From contig CAZAXL010000005.1 of the NCBI GenBank assembly GCA_964489145.1, forward strand, positions 7,255 to 71,254: a stretch of DNA of 64,000 nt. Direction: 5' to 3'. The position numbers were made by a program, and so were the translations under genes. The stretch is from an uncultured Gammaproteobacteria bacterium (GTDB lineage: Bacteria > Patescibacteriota > Microgenomatia > UBA8517). The notes beneath the pieces are model-generated. The model had not been told where the DNA came from and did not search any database. It saw only the letters and a list, made by a program, of their open reading frames with translations. This document shows, piece after piece, positions 8,846 through 18,448 of the stretch (position 1 is its first letter; every line of letters begins with the position of its first letter).

Positions 8846-9262
8846 GACTTTCACTCCCATACTTCTTGCTGTTCCTTCAACAATTCTGGCTGCCGCTTCA
8901 ACGTCGGTTGTATTTAAATCAACCATTTTTTCCTCAGCAATTTTTTTGACCTGCTCGTGAGTTATTGTTCCTACTGGTTCTCTCGGGGTTTTACCGCTTC
9001 CTTTTTCAATTCCCAAAGCCTTTTTAATCATGTCGGAAACAGGGGCTTTCTTGATTATAAAATCGAATGATCTGTCTTCGTAAATAGTGATGACCGCGGG
9101 GACAACTTGTCCTTTCATGTCTTTTGTTTTGTCGTTGTACTGTTTGACAAAATCCATGATGGCAACTCCGTGCTGCCCAAGAGCTGTTCCTACGGGAGGA
9201 GCAGGGGTAGCCTCAGCCGCCTTAAGATTGATTTTAACTACTGTTTTGATCTTTTTTGCCAT
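8834..9262 (-). CDS. rplK: 50S ribosomal protein L11
   Basis: ATPAPPVGTALGQHGV, GTARSMGV. Confidence 0.98.
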   Translation of the reverse strand: MAKKIKTVVKINLKAAEATPAPPVGTALGQHGVAIMDFVKQYNDKTKDMKGQVVPAVITIYEDRSFDFIIKKAPVSDMIKKALGIEKGSGKTPREPVGTITHEQVKKIAEEKMVDLNTTDVEAAARIVEGTARSMGVKVELS

Positions 9263-9399
9263 TTTAACTTAGTTGGAAAGACACAGGGAAACCGGTTATG
9301 AAGTTTCGACCTGGTGGTCTACCTCAGATTTAACCGAGGTAAGGGCATTGTATCATTGGAAAGTTGCGGAGTAAAGTAGAATTATTGTAATATATACGT

Positions 9400-9618
9400 A
9401 TGTCAGAAGACGCCAGTGAAAAAGTTGATTGGATAATACCAGTCGCTAAGGATGTACCAATAGGAAGTGTTTCTTCATCTAAGCTGTCTAAGGCGGCTGA
9501 GCAACACGGAGTAAGACTTGATATCAAAACCGGAAAAGACGGAAAAATCGTAGCAGATATTTACCAAGAGGTTGTTGAAGGTATGCCTGCTCCGAGAAAA
9601 AACCCAACAAAACCTTAA
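9400..9618 (+). CDS. Small hypothetical protein
   Basis: 72-aa ORF between nusG and rplK, with a TA-rich -10-like sequence just upstream. Confidence 0.5.
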   Translation: MSEDASEKVDWIIPVAKDVPIGSVSSSKLSKAAEQHGVRLDIKTGKDGKIVADIYQEVVEGMPAPRKNPTKP

Positions 9619-9911
9619 GTGTGTCGTTTTCCGCCAAGAAGTTCTCCTGTAACTCTCACACCTTCTTCCCTTTTATAAACTCTTCCTTCCGGCGGATCTC
9701 GGCTTACTGTACGATGGAATCTAGCACCTTTAATTCGGAAAGGTGTATCTTTATCCTCCAGCCCCTGAACAGTGAACAGATCATTTTTGTAGGATTTTGT
9801 CTGCGCAATGCCAACTACTTGATAATGGGTGTCTTTCCAAATAACAACGTCAAGAACTGTAGGATAATCTGGAGAATCGGATCCCTCTTTTTTATTTAAA
9901 TTTTCAGACAT
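9615..9911 (-). CDS. Hypothetical protein
   Basis: Start overlaps the nusG stop (TAATG coupling). Confidence 0.6.
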   Translation of the reverse strand: MSENLNKKEGSDSPDYPTVLDVVIWKDTHYQVVGIAQTKSYKNDLFTVQGLEDKDTPFRIKGARFHRTVSRDPPEGRVYKREEGVRVTGELLGGKRHT

Positions 9912-10540
9912 TAAACTTTCTGAATTTGTAGAAAATCAAGCTCAACCGGTGTTTCGCGGCCGAAAATTGAAACCAAAACTTTGACTTTACCTTTTTCCTC
10001 ATCAATTTCATGGATTGTTCCAAGAAAATCCGAAAAAGGACCGTCGACGATTTTAATAGCCTCACCAACACTAAATTTAGTCTTAAATCTGGGAGCGGGA
10101 GAGCTAATAAATTTCTGGATGTTTGCAACTTCAGCATCGGAAAGAGGGGTGGGTTTATTTCCTGCTCCTACAAATCCTGTAATTCCGGCAGTTGTCCTGA
10201 CGGCAAGCCAAGTCGGATCATCCAAAATCATCTTTACAAGAAGATATCCCGGAAAGATTTTTTCCTTGATGGTTGCTTTTTTACCACTTCTGATAATAAC
10301 TCTGTCTTGTGTCGGAACCAACATTTCAAAAACCCTACCTTCCAGGTTCATGGTTTCAACTCTCTGGCGGAGGGTGTCCATGACACGTACCTCATGGCCC
10401 GAAGAGGTATGAACCACATACCACTTTGCTTTAGGATCGGTTGTTTGGGCAAGGATCATGTGGCCCTGGATCTTTTTATGTCCGATACCTCTTTCTGCTA
10501 CTCCTGCAACTGTTTCTTGCTGTTTTGTGTCTTCGTTCAT
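9911..10540 (-). CDS. nusG: Transcription termination/antitermination factor NusG
   Basis: KWYVVHT.SG.E, KIFPGYLLV, KOW domain GPFSDFLGTI, SIFGRETPVELDF. Confidence 0.98.
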   Translation of the reverse strand: MNEDTKQQETVAGVAERGIGHKKIQGHMILAQTTDPKAKWYVVHTSSGHEVRVMDTLRQRVETMNLEGRVFEMLVPTQDRVIIRSGKKATIKEKIFPGYLLVKMILDDPTWLAVRTTAGITGFVGAGNKPTPLSDAEVANIQKFISSPAPRFKTKFSVGEAIKIVDGPFSDFLGTIHEIDEEKGKVKVLVSIFGRETPVELDFLQIQKV

Positions 10541-10548
10541 AGTTATGT

Positions 10549-10734
10549 TTATTTAGTCAATATTCTTGTCAAAACTGTTGTGAACAAATAATCGAGTCCT
10601 CCTACGTAAAATCCAACAATTACCGAAACCAAAAGGACGATACTCGTAAGTCTGACGACTTCATTTTTCTTTGGCCAGGTAACTTTGGAAAGTTCACTTC
10701 TTACTTCTGAAAAGAAAGTAACGACCGATTTCAT
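10549..10734 (-). CDS. secE: Preprotein translocase subunit SecE
   Basis: EVRSELSKVTWP plus one TM helix; upstream of nusG. Confidence 0.95.
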   Translation of the reverse strand: MKSVVTFFSEVRSELSKVTWPKKNEVVRLTSIVLLVSVIVGFYVGGLDYLFTTVLTRILTK

Positions 10735-10803
10735 CTAGATGTGAATTGTATCAAATTATTCTGAAGCGCACAAGATAGATTGCCTCTCGGTGTATAATTG
10801 GCC

Positions 10804-11193
10804 ATGGGAGCTGAAAGTGAGAAAAGACCCATCCGATTTGAGGATGAAAAGAAGCCTAAGTTTAAAATTGCCGAGGGTTCGTGGGAATCTGTTTTGGTTG
10901 GACTGAAGGGTGAGTACCCGGAAAGTGTATTTGGTGTTGCAGATATGGATTATTGGGAGGAAATTGAAGAGAAGGCGACGATGGGTCTGAAGAAAGCCTG
11001 TTTTCAGTATTTTCTGGCCGGGGTAGGGCACGTAACATTAGCCGGAAGGGTAGTAAACAGCAATCCGGCAATAAGGGTTAAAATCAGTCTTGGTGAAATG
11101 TCTACAGGAGAACGGAATGAATTAGTAGACAGGTTTGCCACTTTTTTGTATGACAGGTATCCCAGAAAGTATAGGGAACGGATCAAAAAATGA
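10804..11193 (+). CDS. Hypothetical protein
   Basis: TATAAT 5 nt before ATG; ATGA overlap with rnhB. Confidence 0.65.
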   Translation: MGAESEKRPIRFEDEKKPKFKIAEGSWESVLVGLKGEYPESVFGVADMDYWEEIEEKATMGLKKACFQYFLAGVGHVTLAGRVVNSNPAIRVKISLGEMSTGERNELVDRFATFLYDRYPRKYRERIKK

Positions 11194-11873
11194 ATCTTCC
11201 GGATTTTTCCTTCGAAAAGACAGTCTCTAAAAAAGGATACAGAATTATTGCCGGCATAGATGAGGTTGGAAGAGGTTGTTTTGCGGGACCGGTGGTCGCG
11301 GCGGCTGTCGCTTTCGCTCCAAATTCGAAATTCAAATTTCTAATTTCTAATAAATTTCCCAATAAAAAAATAATTATTAATGATTCTAAAAAATTGGCTC
11401 CGAAACAGAGGGAACTGGCTTCGTTCTGGATAAAAAGGAATGCACTTTGCTATGGAATCGGGTGGGCGAGTGTTGCTCAAATTAATAAATTTGGAATCAA
11501 AAAAGCCAGTGAGATAGCTTTTAGGAAAGCGATAAAAAACTGCGGGATCGAGATAAATTATATTTTAATTGATGCTTTTTACGTTCCTTATGTAAGAGGG
11601 TTGCGCCGAAAGAATCAAAAACCGATTATAAAAGGGGATACTAAATCAATTTCAATTGCTGCGGCCTCAATCATAGCCAAAGTTTACCGCGATGAGCTTA
11701 TGACCAAGCTGTCTAAAAATCGTAAATACAAAAAATACGGGTGGGATAAAAATAAAGGCTACGGCACGCTTATTCACAGAAATGCTATCCAAAAATACGG
11801 ACTGACCAGATTGCACAGAAAGAAATTTGTGGAAAGCTATTTTAATAACTCCTCTTTTTCTCAAGCTCGATAG
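11190..11873 (+). CDS. rnhB: Ribonuclease HII
   Basis: GIDEVGRGCFAGPV, NDSKKL, IKGD..SISIAAASIIAKV.RD, NKGYGT. Confidence 0.97.
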   Translation: MNLPDFSFEKTVSKKGYRIIAGIDEVGRGCFAGPVVAAAVAFAPNSKFKFLISNKFPNKKIIINDSKKLAPKQRELASFWIKRNALCYGIGWASVAQINKFGIKKASEIAFRKAIKNCGIEINYILIDAFYVPYVRGLRRKNQKPIIKGDTKSISIAAASIIAKVYRDELMTKLSKNRKYKKYGWDKNKGYGTLIHRNAIQKYGLTRLHRKKFVESYFNNSSFSQAR

Positions 11874-12036
11874 AGTGGGCGATGCGATACTTGGCCTCTT
11901 TTCTTCTTTCAGCCGGTTTTTTGTAGTGTTCGCGGTCGCGATACTCCTGCATAACACCCTCGACTATGGTTTTTTTACGAAAGCGGGCAATAAGTTTGTC
12001 ATCGCTTTCTCCTTTTTTCTTTTTAATAATAAACAT
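11842..12036 (-). CDS. rpsU: 30S ribosomal protein S21
   Basis: GESDDKLIARFRKK...REHYKKPAERRK. Confidence 0.85.
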   Translation of the reverse strand: MFIIKKKKGESDDKLIARFRKKTIVEGVMQEYRDREHYKKPAERRKEAKYRIAHSIELEKKRSY

Positions 12037-12137
12037 ATTTTGAATATATCCCCGCTTATGCGGTAAACATAAATTTAAATCGCCTCCTTCCTGGTGATAC
12101 TAGCTTGTAATTTTAACATATGTTATGATTTCTTGTA

Positions 12138-13145
12138 ATGTCTAAAAAAGTGGCACTAATTACAGGAATTACCGGCCAGGACGGGAGTTACCTCGCAGAA
12201 CTTCTTCTTAAGAAAGATTATGTTGTTACAGGGATTGTGAGAAAAACCAGTAATATGGCTTATGCCAACATTTCCCATATTCAAGAAGAGTTAAATTTGA
12301 TTCAGGCGGATTTACTGGACCCGATTTCAATTCGTGAGGCGTTGCAAAAATCTAAACCCGATGAAGTTTATAATCTGGCGTCTCAAAGTCACCCCGCGGA
12401 AAGCTTCAGACAACCGATTCATACAGCAGAGATTACCGCAATTGGTGCCCACAGAGTGTTGGACGCAACTCTGGATGTTGTTCCAAAATCAAGATTCTAT
12501 CAAGCCAGCAGCAGCGAAATGTTCGGGTGGGTGAGAGAAATTCCTCAAAACGAAGAGACACCATTTAATCCGGCCAATCCCTATGCGGCTTCAAAGCTTT
12601 ATGCTCATGCCATGACCAAAATATATAGGGAAAGCTATAAAATGTTCGCTTCAAACGGAATTTTATTTAATCACGAATCTCCCCGAAGACACCTTGGTTT
12701 TGTAACCCAAAAAGTGACATACGCTGCAGCCTGCGCAAAACTTGGAATTAAAAGTTCTGAACATCTCAATGAAGAAGGTGAGCCGATTGTCAAAAACGGA
12801 AAAGTGGCTCTTGGAAATCTCCAGGCAAAACGCGATTGGGGATTTGCCGGAGATTATGTTGAAGCCATGTGGCTTATACTGCAGCAGGACAAACCGGACG
12901 ATTTCGTAATCGGAACCGGGGAAACCCACACAATTCAGGAACTTTGTGAGGAATCATATAGCTATGTGGGACTTAACTGGAAAGATCATGTTGTAGTTGA
13001 TGATAGATTTATTCGTCCGACAGAAACGGGGCCATTGGTTGGTGACCCGACAAAGGCAAAGAAAGTGTTGGGTTGGACTCCGAAAACGACTTTTAAAGAA
13101 CTGGTTCACTTGATGGTTAATGCACAAATTGCAAGATTAAAGTAA
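12138..13145 (+). CDS. gmd: GDP-mannose 4,6-dehydratase
   Basis: ITGITGQDGSYLAE, YQASSSEMFG, PYAASK, GILFNHESPRR, RDWGFAGDYV. Confidence 0.95.
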   Translation: MSKKVALITGITGQDGSYLAELLLKKDYVVTGIVRKTSNMAYANISHIQEELNLIQADLLDPISIREALQKSKPDEVYNLASQSHPAESFRQPIHTAEITAIGAHRVLDATLDVVPKSRFYQASSSEMFGWVREIPQNEETPFNPANPYAASKLYAHAMTKIYRESYKMFASNGILFNHESPRRHLGFVTQKVTYAAACAKLGIKSSEHLNEEGEPIVKNGKVALGNLQAKRDWGFAGDYVEAMWLILQQDKPDDFVIGTGETHTIQELCEESYSYVGLNWKDHVVVDDRFIRPTETGPLVGDPTKAKKVLGWTPKTTFKELVHLMVNAQIARLK

Positions 13146-13568
13146 TTCCATCTTCTTAATTATTTCTGATGTGGAGGGGGATTTAATTTTTGATATTTCA
13201 ACAACTTTGGCTCCGGCTATTTTTGCCTGTTCCTGCTTTTTGTTAAGAATTGGATCGCTTTTTGTTACTGCAATTATTGCAGGACGGGTTTTAACTATAA
13301 GTTTTAAATAATCCCTATCCGTCATTTTATCTTTTAAGATTATTACTTGATCAACAAACTTTAGTGATTTAAGAATTTCCTTTCTTTGTTTTTGTGAATG
13401 GATGGGCCGCCCTTCACCCTTTAGTACCCTTATTCTTTTATCCGATTCTATGGCAACAACCAAGTAATCTCCTAAAGATTTTGCCTTTTTCAAAAAATAG
13501 ATATGTCCGTAGTGGAGGATATCAAAACACCCGCCGGTCAAAATTACTTTAATTTTTGATTTTGTCAT
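13137..13568 (-). CDS. Cytidylyltransferase-family nucleotidyltransferase (TagD/RfaE-II/RibL-like)
   Basis: GGCFDILHYGH (HxGH), KG.GRP, STSEII. Confidence 0.85.
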   Translation of the reverse strand: MTKSKIKVILTGGCFDILHYGHIYFLKKAKSLGDYLVVAIESDKRIRVLKGEGRPIHSQKQRKEILKSLKFVDQVIILKDKMTDRDYLKLIVKTRPAIIAVTKSDPILNKKQEQAKIAGAKVVEISKIKSPSTSEIIKKMELL

Positions 13569-14184
13569 ATGTGTCCACAGCGAATTTTACGGCCAAATCA
13601 ACGGTCTCATCAAGTCTGCTGTCAAGATTTTCTATAAGGGTGGCTTTCTTTTGAAGTATATCCAAATAAATTTGATCTTGATCGTCACGGACTTTGTATT
13701 CTGCCGGGTCATATTTATCAAGATCTCTTATTTTTCTTCTTTCGGTAATAACTTCCTTTGGTGCAGTTACAAAAAGCACAATTGTATGATCCTGAAGCAG
13801 GTGTACCTTTTCAGGAAAAATTCTTTGGAAAAATTTACCCGAAGCAACTTCAGCCGCGCGGGAAGGGTCAATTCTCCAAACTAAATTTTCACCGGCCAGA
13901 AGCCTCTCAATCTCGATCTTAGGAGTTGCTTTATTTGATGTTCCATATTTTGTGATTGGTTCAACAAGTTCGTCATCCTTGGCCATTTTTTGAAGTTGAG
14001 CACTACTTACAAAATGATATTGAATTCCGTCTGTCTCGCCGGGTCGGGGAGGACGGTCCGTACAAGTAACCACTTTTTTAAGGTTAAATTTTTGGACAAG
14101 GGGATTTTTCAAAAATTCATCCATGACAGAATCCTTTCCGGCGCCGGATGCGCCAGTAAATATGATTAATACCCCGATTTCCAC
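13549..14184 (-). CDS. gmk: Guanylate kinase
   Basis: GASGAGKDSV, TCTDRPPRPGETDGIQYHF, YGT; GTG start 6 nt after TATAAT. Confidence 0.88.
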   Translation of the reverse strand: MEIGVLIIFTGASGAGKDSVMDEFLKNPLVQKFNLKKVVTCTDRPPRPGETDGIQYHFVSSAQLQKMAKDDELVEPITKYGTSNKATPKIEIERLLAGENLVWRIDPSRAAEVASGKFFQRIFPEKVHLLQDHTIVLFVTAPKEVITERRKIRDLDKYDPAEYKVRDDQDQIYLDILQKKATLIENLDSRLDETVDLAVKFAVDTYDKIKN

Positions 14185-14241
14185 AACAAGATTATACACC
14201 AGCTTCTATTTTTTCTTTTTACTATTTGTTAATATATATTT

Positions 14242-15318
14242 ATGCCCACTGCCAAAAACGAAGACGAAGCGCAAGTAAAAAAAACCTCCTCAAAAGAAAA
14301 GATTAAACTTAATATCGACAAAGAAACACTTAAAAAGTTCAGACTTGTGGTAGTGGCCTACTCAAGCGTTCAAAGAGAACATTTTGCTACAAAGGACGCC
14401 TATGAAGCCGAGATTGAAGTGGAAGAGAGAGCCATTGAAGTTTCCGAAGAAATTAGAAAATTAGGTGTTCCGGTCAGGACTCTTCCCGGAGATCAATACT
14501 TTTATACAAATCTGCTGGTAGATAAGCCCGACTTGGTTGTTAATCTTGTTGACACACTTAAAGGGCGGGATCAGTTGCAGCCTTCAGTACCTGCCGCTCT
14601 TGAGTTGGCAAATATTCCCTATACAGGCGCAGGAATGGAGGGGCTTATCATTGGGAATAACAGAAATCTCACAAAAAGACTTCTTATGGCTTACGACATT
14701 CCAACACCTCCATTCCAGTTTATTAGACGTGCCGGAACCAATATCGATGAAGATTTAGGGGTTCCTCTGATAGTGAAACTTAACGAGGGCGGGGGAAGCG
14801 TGGGAATTAATAACAACGCAGTCAAAGAAACCGAAAGAGCTGCAAAACTTAGGGCAAATAATATGATTTCCACATATCATTTCCCTGTAATTGTTGAGAA
14901 GTTTGTGGATGGTCCGGAAGTAACGGTTGTTGTTTTTGACGATGGAGTGAAACGCCACGTCTTTATGGCTCAGAAAAAGTTTGGCATAAAGCCGGATGGT
15001 AAGCATGAATTTACGAGTATTGAGTCATATAACAGTTGGAAAGCTTATAAATATCTCCCGGTAGACGAAAATAATAAGTTTGAGATTACAAAACTTGCAG
15101 TTAGGGCTTTTGGAGGGCTTCAACATAAAGATTATGCTAAATTTGATGTACGGGTTGATGCTGACACAGGAATCCCATATTTTACGGATAGCAATCCCAA
15201 TACAGCCTTTGGGCCGGATAGGGGTCTTCCTATGACGGAGGTTTTGGCTATGAATGGGGTTGAGTTCTCCGACGTCTTGGCCAGTCTGCTTTCAAAATAC
15301 GCCAAAAATCTTTCTTAG
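14242..15318 (+). CDS. D-Ala-D-Ala-ligase-like ATP-grasp protein, non-canonical N-terminus
   Basis: LELANIPYTGA, PLIVKLNEGGGSVGI, VEKFVDGPEVTV, YAKFDVR, DSNPN. Confidence 0.8.
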   Translation: MPTAKNEDEAQVKKTSSKEKIKLNIDKETLKKFRLVVVAYSSVQREHFATKDAYEAEIEVEERAIEVSEEIRKLGVPVRTLPGDQYFYTNLLVDKPDLVVNLVDTLKGRDQLQPSVPAALELANIPYTGAGMEGLIIGNNRNLTKRLLMAYDIPTPPFQFIRRAGTNIDEDLGVPLIVKLNEGGGSVGINNNAVKETERAAKLRANNMISTYHFPVIVEKFVDGPEVTVVVFDDGVKRHVFMAQKKFGIKPDGKHEFTSIESYNSWKAYKYLPVDENNKFEITKLAVRAFGGLQHKDYAKFDVRVDADTGIPYFTDSNPNTAFGPDRGLPMTEVLAMNGVEFSDVLASLLSKYAKNLS

Positions 15319-15364
15319 CATACACCTGGACAAATCCCAGTTTGAGTCGTAAAATAGACCGATT

Positions 15365-16024
15365 ATGGAACTCGAGAAAAACATTAAAACCAGGAAATTG
15401 CTTCAAAGGCTTCTTAAGCTTGAGGACAATGTTGTTGGCAAGCCTTTTCCGGGCATGAAGCGTGTCAGGCAAATTTCCAGCTATCACTGTGGCCCGGCCG
15501 TTATTGTGGAATTGTTTTCATTTTTGGGAAAAAATATTTCGCAAATTGCAATTGTTAGGTCTTTGAGAGCCAAAAACAAAATCAGACAGTTGGGTCTTAC
15601 CATTCACGACCTGGCTCGTGCCACCAATATCCTGGGTAAAAAGGAGGTTGTCTTTTGGTGGAAACACCGATCTGCAATCAATGACATCTCTTTGGCTATA
15701 AATAAATATGGCTATCCGGTTGGGGTGGAATGGCAAGGCGTCTTTTACGAAGATGAAGATGAAGACAATGGGCATTATGCGGTTATTACTAAAGTTGATA
15801 AGAAAGCCAATTATTTGAGGATTTGTGACTCCTATTCCGATTTTGCCGGAGTGGACAGAAGATTTCGAATCAAAGATTTTGAGAAAAGATGGTGGGATGT
15901 AAACGAAGTAAAAATCTCAGGAAGGACGAAAACAAGAAAAATTAAGGATATAAGAATGATGTTTGTGATTACTCCAAAGGGCGAAACCTGGCCCAAAAAA
16001 CTTCATATGGTCAAAGCTTTATAA
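15365..16024 (+). CDS. C39-like (papain-fold) cysteine peptidase
   Basis: RQISSYHCGPA (Q..C), GHYAVI (H), ICDS (D), F.KRW. Confidence 0.75.
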   Translation: MELEKNIKTRKLLQRLLKLEDNVVGKPFPGMKRVRQISSYHCGPAVIVELFSFLGKNISQIAIVRSLRAKNKIRQLGLTIHDLARATNILGKKEVVFWWKHRSAINDISLAINKYGYPVGVEWQGVFYEDEDEDNGHYAVITKVDKKANYLRICDSYSDFAGVDRRFRIKDFEKRWWDVNEVKISGRTKTRKIKDIRMMFVITPKGETWPKKLHMVKAL

Positions 16025-16053
16025 AACTGTTAGATTATTCTTTAGTATACTAA

Positions 16054-17088
16054 ATGAACGTTGCTCTCACTTATAATGTCAAGAGAAATAAACCTTCAGT
16101 TGGTTTAGAAAAGCAGATTGATATTGAGTTTGATACTCCCCAAGTCACCCAGGCGGAAAAAGAGGCAATTGAAAGTTTTGGTCACAAAGCTTTTCTGGTG
16201 GAGGCCGACGAGAATGCTTTTCTAAAATTAAAAAAGTTAAAAGGAAAAATTGATATTGTTTTTAATGTAGCCGAAGGCCTTTGGGGGGAAGCTCGGGAAA
16301 CCCAAATTCCTATGATTTGTGAGATTTTAAGAATTCCTTATACCCATTCAGGTCCGACTACACACACAATTTCTCTCGATAAGTCTTTTACGAAATTGGT
16401 TTTACATGGGGCCAATGGAATAAATGTTCCCGATTCCCGTGTAGTTAGGGGTAGGGATTATATTATTCCGGATAGTTTAAAATTTCCTCTAATAATAAAG
16501 CCGAACTCTGAGGGATCCAGTAAGGGGGTAATGGATAAAAATGTGGTCAGAAACAGAAAAGATCTGAAAAGTAGAATTGAAGTAACATCCGAAAATTTTG
16601 CCAAGGAAGTTTTGGTTGAGGAGTATATAGAAGGCCGGGAATTTACAGTCGCAATTATTGGTAATGGAAACCCCAGAGTTTTACCGATTATTGAACAGAA
16701 GTTCGATTTCTTACCCAAGGGGATGAATAAAATTGCCAGTTTTGAACTTAAATGGCAATATGAAGATTCTTTGAGAGATTTGCACGACGCTTATGATTGT
16801 CCGGCGAAGATAGATAAAAAACTTGAGGAGGAAATAGAGAATACATCGAGAGAGATATTCAAGCTTTTAGACGTTCGGGACTGTGCCAGAATTGATTATA
16901 GGTTAGATCAAAATGGCAAGCTTTTCTTTTTGGAGATAAACACGCTTCCGGGAATTAATCCAAGTCCTGACGAAATTTCCTATTTTCCTATCGCGGCAAG
17001 AACTGCAGGAATGAGCTTTACAGAAATGGTGGGGGAGATTTTGAATCTTGCGTGTGAAAGATATGGAATTAAGTTCGACAGATCCTAG
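16054..17088 (+). CDS. D-Ala-D-Ala-ligase-like ATP-grasp protein
   Basis: DIVFNVAEG, IPYTHSG, PLIIKPNSEGSSKGV, VEEYIEGREFTV, ARIDYR, LEINTLPG. Confidence 0.85.
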   Translation: MNVALTYNVKRNKPSVGLEKQIDIEFDTPQVTQAEKEAIESFGHKAFLVEADENAFLKLKKLKGKIDIVFNVAEGLWGEARETQIPMICEILRIPYTHSGPTTHTISLDKSFTKLVLHGANGINVPDSRVVRGRDYIIPDSLKFPLIIKPNSEGSSKGVMDKNVVRNRKDLKSRIEVTSENFAKEVLVEEYIEGREFTVAIIGNGNPRVLPIIEQKFDFLPKGMNKIASFELKWQYEDSLRDLHDAYDCPAKIDKKLEEEIENTSREIFKLLDVRDCARIDYRLDQNGKLFFLEINTLPGINPSPDEISYFPIAARTAGMSFTEMVGEILNLACERYGIKFDRS

Positions 17089-17235
17089 TATATAAACTTC
17101 AAATGGCAGGCTTTAGTATCCCAGCTTCGGACAATTTAGCACAAAGTAAGCTCGTTTGAAATAGATAGAATTAACCAGTTTCTTAACCCTCAACCAGCAA
17201 TTGCTTTCAACATATTAAAAAGTTAAAATTCCGTT

Positions 17236-17787
17236 ATGGCTGAAAGACTTGCTGAAAGGATAAACGAAATTGCTTCAGAATATCCAACTTCGCCCGTTGC
17301 ACCAGAATTTATAAGTAGAACCAAAGAAGGTGAATTAACTAGAGATGAAAATCCATATTCCCATTTTTGTGTTTATTTTGCGGGTTTTGACCGCGAAGCA
17401 GGAAAAGTCTTTATTGGCCATCATAAGAAATCAGGATTGTGGCTTTTTAATGGTGGGCATATAGACAAGGGAGAAACACCCGAAGAAGCCTTAGAAAGGG
17501 AGATGGGTGAAGAATGGGGCGTAAAAATTGATTTACAAAGTATTGGTAAGCCAAAATTGCTGACAATAACTCCAATTCAACATCCAACAATAAAATGTAA
17601 GCGACATTTTGATATTTGGTATTTTATTCCTCTCTCAGAGATAGATTTTAAGCCTGACCAAGCCTTATTAGATACGGAGTTTTATACAACCGACTGGAAA
17701 GGTATAGAAGATGCTAAAGCTTTGATTATCGACATGGCTACTCTTAAAGGAATCTCAGAATTTGAAAAGATTTTTAGTAAGAAATAA
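17236..17787 (+). CDS. NUDIX hydrolase
   Basis: GGHIDKGETPEEALEREMGEEWG Nudix box. Confidence 0.88.
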   Translation: MAERLAERINEIASEYPTSPVAPEFISRTKEGELTRDENPYSHFCVYFAGFDREAGKVFIGHHKKSGLWLFNGGHIDKGETPEEALEREMGEEWGVKIDLQSIGKPKLLTITPIQHPTIKCKRHFDIWYFIPLSEIDFKPDQALLDTEFYTTDWKGIEDAKALIIDMATLKGISEFEKIFSKK

Positions 17788-17907
17788 CTTCAATGTTCAA
17801 TTCCTCTCAGGGTTTAGGATGGTCTGATATAGTTTTTTGAGGCTAAATAATTTACAGGAAGTCGTAAATGATGTTAGAACTTATTACGCTCTTCTTCAAG
17901 AGCCTTG

Positions 17908-18447
17908 TTATATTCCAGTACTTTTATGATTCTTACCGCGACTTCTTTGTTGTGCTTCAAAAACACTTGTGCATATCGATAACGCGATTTCCATTTCGGA
18001 TGATTGGGGTCTAATATTATCCCAGTCAATATCTTTTATTGGCGCAAAATTTGCTAAAAATTTCATTATTTTTATTTCACCTGGATCATTTTCATTATCA
18101 TAAAATACCCAAAAATCATAGCCTGGGTGATCGAGGTATACAGAAGTGATATTTGTTCCAAACTTAGTCAGGACATACTCATTCTTGGTTTTTGGCTTAT
18201 ACACCTCTAAATATACGGTTTCTTGTCCCTTATCTTTTATTCCCGAGGTTCCCAGTTCGATAAAAGCGCCACCAACTAGGGGAATTTTCAAAGGTTTACC
18301 TAACTCCATATTATTCTCACTTAAAGTTGCGGGTAAGAGATCTCTTTCATCCCATATGCCTTGGACGACGGAATAGATCTTGCTCATTTGTCGATCACTT
18401 ATCTTGGGAGGTTCTTCTACCTCTATCGTGTTTTCACCCTCGCTCAT
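17908..18447 (-). CDS. Hypothetical protein
   Basis: 179-aa ORF starting 1 nt after the tRNA-Trp CCA. Confidence 0.65.
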   Translation of the reverse strand: MSEGENTIEVEEPPKISDRQMSKIYSVVQGIWDERDLLPATLSENNMELGKPLKIPLVGGAFIELGTSGIKDKGQETVYLEVYKPKTKNEYVLTKFGTNITSVYLDHPGYDFWVFYDNENDPGEIKIMKFLANFAPIKDIDWDNIRPQSSEMEIALSICTSVFEAQQRSRGKNHKSTGI

Positions 18448-18448
18448 T

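Noticed and set aside
9263-9345. Hairpin TACCTCGG...CTGAGGTA plus ACCAC upstream of rplK as an L1 leader
   Set aside because: The matching GUGGGAG half is not evident, so it is too weak to call.
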